Of a stretch of 64,000 nt of DNA, positions 18,407-25,963 are shown piece by piece. Where the stretch lies: the NCBI GenBank assembly GCA_050331115.1, contig JBHJHD010000019.1, positions 67,390-131,389 of the forward strand. Direction: 5' to 3'. Position numbers and translations under genes: made by a program. This stretch comes from Elainellaceae cyanobacterium (GTDB taxonomy: Bacteria; Cyanobacteriota; Cyanobacteriia; CAKZMO01). How positions within the stretch are numbered: position 1 is the stretch's first letter; every line of letters starts with the position of its first letter. The notes below the pieces were generated by a model. The model ran no database searches. It was given only the letters and a program-made list of their open reading frames with translations, and had not been told where the DNA came from.

Positions 18407-20248
18407 TCATGACGGGCGGGTTTGGGCGCCGACCAATTGCGGCGTCGGTTCGGCGATCGCATCTTCAACCGCATCCTCCGATGGGACTTCGGGATGGGGG
18501 GCGGGTTTGCCGCCGCGCGATCGCTTCATTACTGCCGGACCGTAAAACATGGTGCCAACCCCTACCACCACCATCAGCGATCCGATCCAGGTCAGGGCCG
18601 TCACCCACCAGGGCTCCCGCTTCAGCTGTAGGGTCGACTGCTTTAGGTCACCGGGGTTCCAAGACGCCTGGGCCAGTTTCCAGCCGCGAAACCAGGTGGG
18701 GTGGTTCATCCACACCGAGCGTTGGGTGGCGGTGTCGGTTTTGGGGTCAAACAGGGTGATTCTGCTAGTCCACATGGCCACCGACTCGCTGCCTTCGTTG
18801 CGCTCTACGATGAAGTCGTCGAGCTTCACATAGAAGGGAAGCTGCAGCAGCTTAGGCGCAAAAGCGGCGAAGTATTCGCCTTGGGGCGTATCGAGGGCCA
18901 TGGGCTCGCCCCAGGGAAGCCAAAGGGCCTTGCCAGCATTACCTTTGCCAGCATTACCTCTGCCGCCGGCTGCGATCGCCACCTGCAGCGCCGGAAAGCC
19001 TTCGTTAGCCCCGGCCCCAGCCGCAGCGGGGGTTATGGGCACGACCTGCCGCCTCACCTGGGCGTGGTCCAGGCGATTGGCTAGGGAGATTTGGAAGTCG
19101 GCCCAGCCGGGGGCAATAACGTCACCAGGACGTAGCTCGCCCGAGCTAAAGCCCTTCGATGAGAGGGCTGCGTAGAACAGCTGACTATCGGGAGCCGCTA
19201 CGACGCGGAAATAGTCTGACGCCGTGGTGTCGGGCGCGGCATAGGTCGCCTCTAAATCAATCGCATCCCCAGAGCGCACGGGAGGTAGTCCTGGCTTTGC
19301 GAACACAAACCAGCGCTCTTGAGTCTCGTCTTGAGATACATTCACCTGCACCGCCGGGTTACGAAACGCGTTCGAAGCCGATGCTGGCTTACCCGACGTC
19401 AGGCGAAAGTCGGGCCACACCGCAACAATCTCGGCGGTGATGCCGCCCGGAAGCGACACAGACTGGCTTAATTTTTTCTCGATGTCGATGGTGCGATCGC
19501 CTAGCTGCAGCGTGCCATAGGTGGACTGGGACGAAGGCGGGCTGAGAAACTGCTTCAGCTCAACCTCGTCTGCCGCCTGCCGCAGCTCTAGGCGCGCCGG
19601 CCCAATGTCCATCTGGCCATAGCCCAGGGGAGCCAGCGCCAGCCAGCGCTCTAGGGTCTGCCCCATGCGATCGCTGCGGAGCCGCAGCTGCACCGCTAGA
19701 TTCTCGGCGGCTGGACCCTTCGCGCTGTCCCCCTCGACGAAGCGCACCGTCTTAGTGGCGCGATCGCTGTAGCCCAGAAGTGAGAGTCCGGCGAACCGTG
19801 AGGGATGCACCGAGCCATCGGGCTTGACGAAAATATCGGTCTGGCGACGCGTCTGGTCTGGCGACGCCACCTCCAGCAGGTCGCCCTCCACGCGAATCTG
19901 ATTGCCGGGGCCGCTGTCGGTGCGTACTAGCAGCATGCCTTCGGTGCTGAGATGAATGACGGCGGCGGACCCCGCAATAATAATGATCAAACCCCAGTGG
20001 GTGATAGCGAAGCCCACCTTGCGGGGGCCGCGCCAGGGATAGCGGCTGAGGGTGGAAACGCCTAGGTTAACCGCCAGTAAAAACATTAGCCCGCCAAACC
20101 AGGCGCTCTTGTAAATTTCTCTTTGAACCGTGGCGGAGCCGACGTTCGACTCATAGAAAGTCGCGCCAATTAGAATGATGGCGATCGCCACAATAAGCGG
20201 AACTGCTAGGCGAATTGAGCCTAAAAAACGAATAGCCTTGGGGGGCAT
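18407..20248 (-). CDS. ResB/CcsB-like cytochrome c biogenesis protein
   Basis: ResB-like architecture: N-terminal TM pair with conserved His (FAITHWGLIIIIAG), large soluble domain, and a C-terminal FYVKLDDFIVE...W.NHP...KLAQASW...REPWW + TM segment. Confidence 0.8.
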   Translation of the reverse strand: MPPKAIRFLGSIRLAVPLIVAIAIILIGATFYESNVGSATVQREIYKSAWFGGLMFLLAVNLGVSTLSRYPWRGPRKVGFAITHWGLIIIIAGSAAVIHLSTEGMLLVRTDSGPGNQIRVEGDLLEVASPDQTRRQTDIFVKPDGSVHPSRFAGLSLLGYSDRATKTVRFVEGDSAKGPAAENLAVQLRLRSDRMGQTLERWLALAPLGYGQMDIGPARLELRQAADEVELKQFLSPPSSQSTYGTLQLGDRTIDIEKKLSQSVSLPGGITAEIVAVWPDFRLTSGKPASASNAFRNPAVQVNVSQDETQERWFVFAKPGLPPVRSGDAIDLEATYAAPDTTASDYFRVVAAPDSQLFYAALSSKGFSSGELRPGDVIAPGWADFQISLANRLDHAQVRRQVVPITPAAAGAGANEGFPALQVAIAAGGRGNAGKGNAGKALWLPWGEPMALDTPQGEYFAAFAPKLLQLPFYVKLDDFIVERNEGSESVAMWTSRITLFDPKTDTATQRSVWMNHPTWFRGWKLAQASWNPGDLKQSTLQLKREPWWVTALTWIGSLMVVVGVGTMFYGPAVMKRSRGGKPAPHPEVPSEDAVEDAIAEPTPQLVGAQTRPS

Positions 20249-20698
20249 AGCGATCTCAATAGATTGAGGGTCATTTACTCACTTTTAGAGCTTTACTTGG
20301 AAACATTTGCAGCCTTTGATACAAAATCGAAATTTAGGCATTCAGAATTCGCATCTAAAAGTACACAAATTGCATGACTTCTTTGAGCTTCTGGGTGCTC
20401 AGATGGGTGCTCAGAAGGCGCATTCAATATTTACATCAAAGCTATGCAGTATTTGAGAATAAAAGTTGAAAAGCGTATTTGATTTTACAAAAGTACAGGA
20501 GCTATCTATCTATGGTCAGATTTGAGAAGCGCACCTTTACTATGACTTTTAAAGAGCTTAAGGATTTCCCCAACAGCTTCTGTAAGCGATTCTAGAGGCT
20601 ATTTTTGTCTTGCCTTAATTGCTGTGGGATGCGTTAGGTGTCGAATTTGACAGTTGAGGGATGGCCGTTTTTCTAAAGTCTATTCAGGCTAATCCCAC

Positions 20699-20740
20699 GT
20701 CAGCCAAGGTGTTAATAAAGTCAGCCAAGGCATTAATAAA
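20699..20740. repeat. 21-nt tandem repeat x2 in the divergent ccsB/globin spacer
   Basis: GTCAGCCAAGGTGTTAATAAA / GTCAGCCAAGGCATTAATAAA, about 100 nt upstream of the globin start. A 12-nt x2 repeat TGGGTGCTCAGA is at 20392-20415. Confidence 0.85.
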
Positions 20741-20839
20741 TTTGATTATGGGTTGCGATAGGCCATGTTAAAAGGCCGCAGGCTTATGCCTTTATGCATT
20801 GATATCTGTTGAATCTAAACGTTACTTAGGAAGGCAAAA

Positions 20840-21874
20840 ATGGTTTCAAATATCGATCAAAAAGCGGCGCTAAAGGTTGAGCTTTTAGAGCAAAGCTTTG
20901 AAAAAGTGAAGCCCCACGCCAACGACTTTGCAGCGAGCTTCTACGAGAACCTGTTTGTAGATTATCCGGCAGCTGAGCCGCTGTTTGCCGAAACGGATGT
21001 GGCAGCTCAGAGTAAAAAGCTGCTGGCATCTCTTGTGTTTGTGGTTGAGAACTTGCGTAACCCCGGTGCGCTGACGGGTGCCCTAAAGGGTTTAGGGGCT
21101 CGCCACGTGGAATACGGTGCGCTGCCCGCCCACTATCCCCTAGTCGGGAATACGCTACTCAAGACCTTCGATCAGTACTTAGGCGCTGACTGGACCCCTG
21201 AGACCCAACAGGCCTGGACTGAAGCCTACGGCGTGATCACCGAGACCATGCTTGAAGGGGCTGATTACGCCGAAGAAGACGTGCAGCTTGCGCCGCCTCC
21301 CGCCGAGGTAGACGAAGCCACCGGGCTAAAGGTTGGCCTTTTGGAGCAGAGCTTCGAGAAGGTGAAGCCCCATGCAAATGAGTTTGCGATCAGCTTCTAC
21401 GAGAATTTGTTTGCGGACTACCCGGCCGCCAAGCCGCTGTTCGCGCAAACGGACGTGACGGCACAGAGCAAAAAGCTGCTGGCGTCCCTCGTGTTTGTGG
21501 TTGAGAACTTACGTAAGCCGGGTGAGCTAACCGGCGCGCTAAAAGGGCTGGGCGCTCGCCACGTTCAGTATGGTGCCTTGCCTGAGCACTACCCTCTAGT
21601 GGGCAGCAGCTTGCTAAAGACTTTTGATCAGTACCTCAAAGGCGACTGGACCCCCGAAGTCGAGCAAGCCTGGATTGACGCCTACGGCCTGATCACTGAG
21701 GTGATGCTAGAAGGGGCCGACTACTCTCCAGAAGCGGTGCAGCTTAGCCCCGTGGCCGCACCCAGCTCTACTCCTGCTGCCCCTACTGCCGAAGCTGGCC
21801 TCAAGGCGGGCCCGCTACTGGGTGGGCTAATTGGCGGTGGCGCGGTGCTGCTTGTCATCCTGCTGCTGCTTTAG
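20840..21874 (+). CDS. tandem two-domain globin with C-terminal transmembrane tail
   Basis: Two ~140-aa 3-on-3 globin-like units (SFYENLF... QSKKLL ... LGARHV.YG). By my manual alignment, 116/140 residues are identical between units. Ends in a GPLLGGLIGGGAVLLVILLLL hydrophobic tail. No signal peptide. Confidence 0.8.
   Translation: MVSNIDQKAALKVELLEQSFEKVKPHANDFAASFYENLFVDYPAAEPLFAETDVAAQSKKLLASLVFVVENLRNPGALTGALKGLGARHVEYGALPAHYPLVGNTLLKTFDQYLGADWTPETQQAWTEAYGVITETMLEGADYAEEDVQLAPPPAEVDEATGLKVGLLEQSFEKVKPHANEFAISFYENLFADYPAAKPLFAQTDVTAQSKKLLASLVFVVENLRKPGELTGALKGLGARHVQYGALPEHYPLVGSSLLKTFDQYLKGDWTPEVEQAWIDAYGLITEVMLEGADYSPEAVQLSPVAAPSSTPAAPTAEAGLKAGPLLGGLIGGGAVLLVILLLL
20870..21745 (+). repeat. 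intragenic tandem duplication (2 x 456-nt period) encoding the two globin domains
   Basis: Unit 1 is 20870-21289 and unit 2 is 21326-21745. The units are clearly alignable at nucleotide level, with many synonymous differences. Confidence 0.9.
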
Positions 21875-21912
21875 CCTGCTGCTTAACTCCATTGGGAGGA
21901 ATGTTCTAACTT

Positions 21913-22593
21913 ATGGCATCTCGAGGTCGATCCAACAGGCAACCTAGGCAACAGCGATCGCAAGCTGGCGGCAGAGGCCGTTCGCTCATCAGCTTAAGAA
22001 CGGCGATCGCTGTTGCCTGCATCGTTCTGGTGGGCTGGTTCTCGGCAGCCTTTGCCCTAGATAATAAGCAGGCTTTCTTACCGGGGGAGACCTCTGTAGG
22101 TCACTACCTCGTAGAAGCCTCCTGTAGCTCCTGTCACGAGGGATTCAAGCCCGTCAGCAACGACACCTGCATGCGCTGCCACGAAGCCGAGCTAGCCCAA
22201 GATGCCCACGGCCCTAAGAAGTTCATGGACCCCCGCTGGGCGGGCGAGCTAGCCGAGATTGAGGCGCTGACCTGCACCACCTGCCATAACGAGCATGTGC
22301 ATATGTTTGGCCGGGGGGTGCACCTGCAGCCCGACCTCTGTATGACCTGTCACGAGGGGATCATTAGCGGCGAGCTGAAGAGCCACGACGGCTTCACTCC
22401 AGACGGCTGCTGGACCGCTGGCTGCCACAACTACCACGACCACCGCACGATTTCCACCGGGTTTCTGAGGAAAAACCTCGACCAGCCCCCCATGCTGCCG
22501 GTGCAGGTTGTCCCAGAGCGCGTTGTAACAACGGAGCTAGAGACACCTCCAGCAGCGGATTTAGGCGAGGAGTTTCTGGGAGGTGAGACATGA
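21913..22593 (+). CDS. membrane-anchored multihaem cytochrome c (4 CXXCH + 1 CX4CH)
   Basis: CSSCH(71-75), CMRCH(86-90), CTTCH(121-125), CMTCH(143-147), CWTAGCH(166-172). Arg-rich N-terminus followed by one TM helix. Confidence 0.85.
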   Translation: MASRGRSNRQPRQQRSQAGGRGRSLISLRTAIAVACIVLVGWFSAAFALDNKQAFLPGETSVGHYLVEASCSSCHEGFKPVSNDTCMRCHEAELAQDAHGPKKFMDPRWAGELAEIEALTCTTCHNEHVHMFGRGVHLQPDLCMTCHEGIISGELKSHDGFTPDGCWTAGCHNYHDHRTISTGFLRKNLDQPPMLPVQVVPERVVTTELETPPAADLGEEFLGGET

Positions 22594-23432
22594 CGGTAAA
22601 TAAGCGGCTTGTCGTGTCCTGTCTATTGGCTCTGGCGCTGCTGCTGGGCTGGGCTACCCCGGCCTGGGGCGATAGGACCGGAGACGCGGTGGACCAGGCC
22701 GCATTGGATGAAACCACTCAGCTTTGGAAAACCAGCGCCCACGCCCTCAACGACATCAACTGCTCTAGCTGCCACCAAGACGAAGAGACCAAGGCGTTTG
22801 TGGCCGACCCCACTTACGAGAGCTGCCAATCCTGCCACGAGCAGTCGGTAGACACCTTTCTGCTGGGTAAGCACGGCATTCGCTTACTCGAAGACGAGTC
22901 TCCCCTGATGCCCGCCATGGCGCGACTGCCCATGAAGCAGGCTGCCCACGACCTGCAGATGACCTGCAGCACCTGCCACGATGCCCACTCGGTGAACACC
23001 GTCCAGGCCGCCGTCGACTCCTGCCTCACCTGCCACAACGACACCCACTCCCTCAACTACGAAAACTCCCAGCACGCCCAGCTGTTCGCCGCCGACCTGG
23101 TAGAGCTGCCTCGGCCCTCCGGCCCAGGGCTGCCCCGGCCCTCCGGCAGCGCGGTGAGCTGCGCCACCTGCCACCTGCCGCGCCACGAGGTGGAGACGGG
23201 CGGCGAGACGGTGACCCTGGTCAACCACAACAACACCTACACCCTGCTGCCCCGCGATCGCATGGTGGGAGAGGTGTGCATGAACTGCCACGGCGTGGAG
23301 TACAGCTACAACAGTATTTTTGACGATGACCTGGTGGAGGCCAACTTCGATGCGCCGCCCACCCTATCCCTTGAGACCTTCGACCTAGTTCGCGCCCTCG
23401 AAGAGCGGCGAGCCGGTCAAGAAGGCGAATAG
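22590..23432 (+). CDS. secreted hexahaem cytochrome c
   Basis: Signal peptide (LALALLLGWATPAWG/D). CSSCH(58), CQSCH(79), CSTCH(126), CLTCH(145), CATCH(191), CMNCH(230). ATG overlaps the previous stop (ATGA). Confidence 0.85.
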   Translation: MTVNKRLVVSCLLALALLLGWATPAWGDRTGDAVDQAALDETTQLWKTSAHALNDINCSSCHQDEETKAFVADPTYESCQSCHEQSVDTFLLGKHGIRLLEDESPLMPAMARLPMKQAAHDLQMTCSTCHDAHSVNTVQAAVDSCLTCHNDTHSLNYENSQHAQLFAADLVELPRPSGPGLPRPSGSAVSCATCHLPRHEVETGGETVTLVNHNNTYTLLPRDRMVGEVCMNCHGVEYSYNSIFDDDLVEANFDAPPTLSLETFDLVRALEERRAGQEGE

Positions 23433-23561
23433 GCTCCGTCAAATCCAGCGTTCGCTCAGACGAACTTTTCTGCTCACAAGGCTTCCTCGCTTTATATTCC
23501 GGAAGCCTCGCAAACGCTCTCACAACGACCTAACGCACGTATTGAACCCAAGGACACAACC

Positions 23562-24218
23562 ATGACAATGCTAGAGAACTGGATCAGCGCTATCCGCACC
23601 CGAACGGTGGCGTTCATTGCTATCATTTTGGCCGTCGCCGTGACGGCGATCTCTTGCAGCGGTGGCGGTACCGCCACCACCGAGGCATCCGCTGGCGTCG
23701 CCCCTGAGCTGGTGGCCGACTATATTCACACCGTGCTGGCGGCTGACCGCACCGCCTACACCAAGCACGTGGTCAACCGCGTCAAAACTCTAGAGGGTAA
23801 GGCTAAAGAGGCGGGCGTGCTTGAGGTGGAATCCACTGAGGGCTGGCAGCAGACGGACGGTATTCCCCTGCCGGCGCAGATGTTCCGCCTAGGCTCTGAG
23901 ATCGCCAACGACTCGGGCTACTTCACCTACAACCTGATCTCGCCCTGGTATATCAATGACAGCCACGCCCCCAAAGGCGAGTTTGAGGAGACTGCCGTCC
24001 AAGCCATGATCGATACGGGCGAACCCGTCAAGGAATATCAGGAGATCAGCGGTCAAACCTACTTCTCCGCGATGTATCCCGACAACGCCGTGGCAGAAGC
24101 CTGCGTCAGCTGCCACAATACTCACCCTGTTCACCTGGAGCGCTACCCCGATAAGCAGTTCGTGATGGACGAAGTGATGGGCGGCATTGTGATCAACATT
24201 CCGCTAGAGGGCGCTTGA
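23562..24218 (+). CDS. DUF3365/Tll0287-like c-type haem lipoprotein
   Basis: Lipoprotein-like signal (VAVTAISC/SGGG). A single CVSCH (aa 181-185, nt 24102-24116) near the C-terminus, in the context YPDNAVAEACVSCHNTHP that I recall as typical of the Tll0287 PAS-like haem c family. Confidence 0.7.
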   Translation: MTMLENWISAIRTRTVAFIAIILAVAVTAISCSGGGTATTEASAGVAPELVADYIHTVLAADRTAYTKHVVNRVKTLEGKAKEAGVLEVESTEGWQQTDGIPLPAQMFRLGSEIANDSGYFTYNLISPWYINDSHAPKGEFEETAVQAMIDTGEPVKEYQEISGQTYFSAMYPDNAVAEACVSCHNTHPVHLERYPDKQFVMDEVMGGIVINIPLEGA

Positions 24219-24240
24219 TAAGGGCTCATCCCTAGGTCCT

Positions 24241-24264
24241 GCCGAGGGGCGATCGCCCCTCGGC
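24241..24264. repeat. perfect 24-nt palindrome centred on a HIP1 site
   Basis: GCCGAGGGGCGATCGCCCCTCGGC lies 23 nt downstream of the DUF3365 gene stop. No T-tract follows. Confidence 0.8.
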
Positions 24265-24310
24265 TGCTCAACTGCATCGGTAGACATTGGTCTAACCCCC
24301 TTTAATCATC

Positions 24311-25027
24311 ATGAGCACCCCTCATCCCCACTCTCCACCGAATCTCCAGACATCGGCACTCACCACACACACCGATGAAGCGCCCCCTCTAGTAGAGCAG
24401 CCGCTCACCGCAAAAGCGCCCCGTCCTCGGGGCATTCAGCCCAGCCTCAAAGTGCTGATCGGCCTCACCTTACTGACGGCGCTGCTGCTGCTGCCCTTCG
24501 CCTTTAGCGCCATCTACCTCGACCGGCTGCGGGAAGAATCCGTAGAACTGCACCGGTTTATGCGCGGGGAACTATACAAGCAGGGGACCGGCTATGCAGC
24601 CTTGGGCTTTGTGCTGCTAGAGGTCATGCTCAGCGTCCGCAAGCGCAGCCGCAGCTGGATTGGCCGCATCAAGCTGCCGGGGTCGATGCAGCTGTGGCGC
24701 AGCGTTCATGTTTTCCTAGGGGTGGGGCTGGTGGCCATGGTGCTGGTCCACACACTGGGGTCCAACGGCCTCAACTTTAACGCGGCGCTGCTGTGGGTGT
24801 TCTTTGCCACAACGCTAACGGCGCTGGTGGGCGTAGTAGCCGAAACCGGCATTCTAGAGTCCACCCGCAGCTACTTTGGCAAGCTGCCCTGGAGCCCGGT
24901 CCCGCTCACCAAAGGCCCCTTAATTCGAGGGCTGCGATCGCTCTGGCTGGTGAGCCATATCTTCTTTGTCTGCGTGTTCGCCGTGATGCTGGCGTTTCAC
25001 GTTGCCTTGGCGTATTACTACCAGTAA
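24311..25027 (+). CDS. 5-TM membrane protein, predicted dihaem b-type cytochrome (ferric-reductase-domain-like)
   Basis: Five hydrophobic helices. His133-X13-His147 in predicted TM3 and His216-X13-His230 in predicted TM5. Function is inferred from the His spacing only. Confidence 0.6.
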   Translation: MSTPHPHSPPNLQTSALTTHTDEAPPLVEQPLTAKAPRPRGIQPSLKVLIGLTLLTALLLLPFAFSAIYLDRLREESVELHRFMRGELYKQGTGYAALGFVLLEVMLSVRKRSRSWIGRIKLPGSMQLWRSVHVFLGVGLVAMVLVHTLGSNGLNFNAALLWVFFATTLTALVGVVAETGILESTRSYFGKLPWSPVPLTKGPLIRGLRSLWLVSHIFFVCVFAVMLAFHVALAYYYQ

Positions 25028-25054
25028 TCGTTTCTCAAGGATGTGTATCCACCT

Positions 25055-25083
25055 GTAAGGACACAGCATGCCGTGTCCCTACC
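25055..25083. repeat. small palindromic element (GGACAC...GTGTCCCTACC type), copy 2
   Basis: GTAAGGACACAGCATGCCGTGTCCCTACC lies 28 nt after the stop of the 5-TM gene. Stem GGACAC/GTGTCC with an 8-nt loop. Confidence 0.5.
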
Positions 25084-25230
25084 AATGTCGGTCATGCCCA
25101 CATTGCGCCACAAGGGAGAGCTGACGCTTTACGAATGGCTCGACCGATACGGCGAGATGAGCCCCGCTTTCCGTAAGCTGATCGAATCCATAACCCACTT
25201 CAAATATGGCGTCCGTTAGGGAGAACTTCA

Positions 25231-25704
25231 ATGGCTACAGAGCGATTTGATTTGGAGAAAAACCGAGCCAGCTGGATTGTAGCTGCGCTCGTGGGGCTGT
25301 TTGCGATCGCCGCTGTTGTTGTGACGCGCCCAGACGGGTCATCGCCGAGTCTTTCAGCAGTGTCGGGGCTAATGAGCTTGAAGGCTACGGCCCAAGCGGC
25401 AATGCCCTACGACATCGCCATGGCCGATCCAAAACCCACCCTAGTCGAGTTCTATGCTGACTGGTGCACCACCTGTCAGGCCCTAGCGCCAACCCTGCAG
25501 GACATCCACGAGCAGGCAGGCGATCAGATCAATTTCGTCATGCTGGATATTGACGATCCCCAGTGGCGACAGCAGGTCAATCAGTTTCAGGTCAGCGGTG
25601 TTCCTCACCTAGCGCTGCTAGATTCAAGCCACGTCGTTGCAGACAGCTTTGTAGGGCGCGTTCCCCGACAAGTCTTAGTGGCTCGCATTGCCGACCTGCT
25701 TTAG
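25231..25704 (+). CDS. membrane-anchored thioredoxin-like protein (TxlA/CcsX/ResA-like)
   Basis: N-terminal TM anchor, then a thioredoxin fold with a WCTTC active site (aa 78-82; cysteines C79/C82) and a downstream GVP cis-Pro motif. Confidence 0.8.
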   Translation: MATERFDLEKNRASWIVAALVGLFAIAAVVVTRPDGSSPSLSAVSGLMSLKATAQAAMPYDIAMADPKPTLVEFYADWCTTCQALAPTLQDIHEQAGDQINFVMLDIDDPQWRQQVNQFQVSGVPHLALLDSSHVVADSFVGRVPRQVLVARIADLL

Positions 25705-25732
25705 CGCGCCTTACTTTAGGAGGCTAACCCCC

Positions 25733-25963
25733 ATGGCAATACTGCATCGATTTCTTCTATTGCTAGAGTTTCTAGATCGGCTCATCGACATCGCTGAGGC
25801 TTCAGCCGATTCGCTCACCGCGCCAGTCGCCACTGCCGCTGCGGCCTGTCTGCTGAGCTATCAGGCGCTGCTGCTTGCGGGCTGTGATGTCCTGTCCTCA
25901 GCGGTCCTCTCCAGCGCGATCGCCCTGGCGTTAAACTGTGGATTCAACCACCCCAATACTTAA
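25733..25963 (+). CDS. small hypothetical protein (76 aa)
   Basis: ATG 25733 is preceded by AGGAGG at 25718-25723. The stop overlaps the ChaN-like start (TAATG). No recognisable family. Confidence 0.4.
   Translation: MAILHRFLLLLEFLDRLIDIAEASADSLTAPVATAAAACLLSYQALLLAGCDVLSSAVLSSAIALALNCGFNHPNT

Noticed and set aside
21913-22593. ActA (pentahaem subunit of Alternative Complex III) or an NrfH/NapC-type quinol dehydrogenase.
   Set aside because: The size and N-terminal anchor are reminiscent of ActA. However, no ActB (Fe-S/molybdopterin-like), ActC/ActF (NrfD-like) or NrfA/NapAB partners are encoded nearby, and the haem-motif spacing does not obviously match the tetrahaem NapC/NirT pattern. I left it as a generic multihaem cytochrome.
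25688-25732. The upstream ATG (25688) for the small ORF, overlapping the thioredoxin gene end.
   Set aside because: The in-frame ATG at 25733 has a well-placed AGGAGG. The upstream extension overlaps the thioredoxin coding end and adds only 15 low-information codons.
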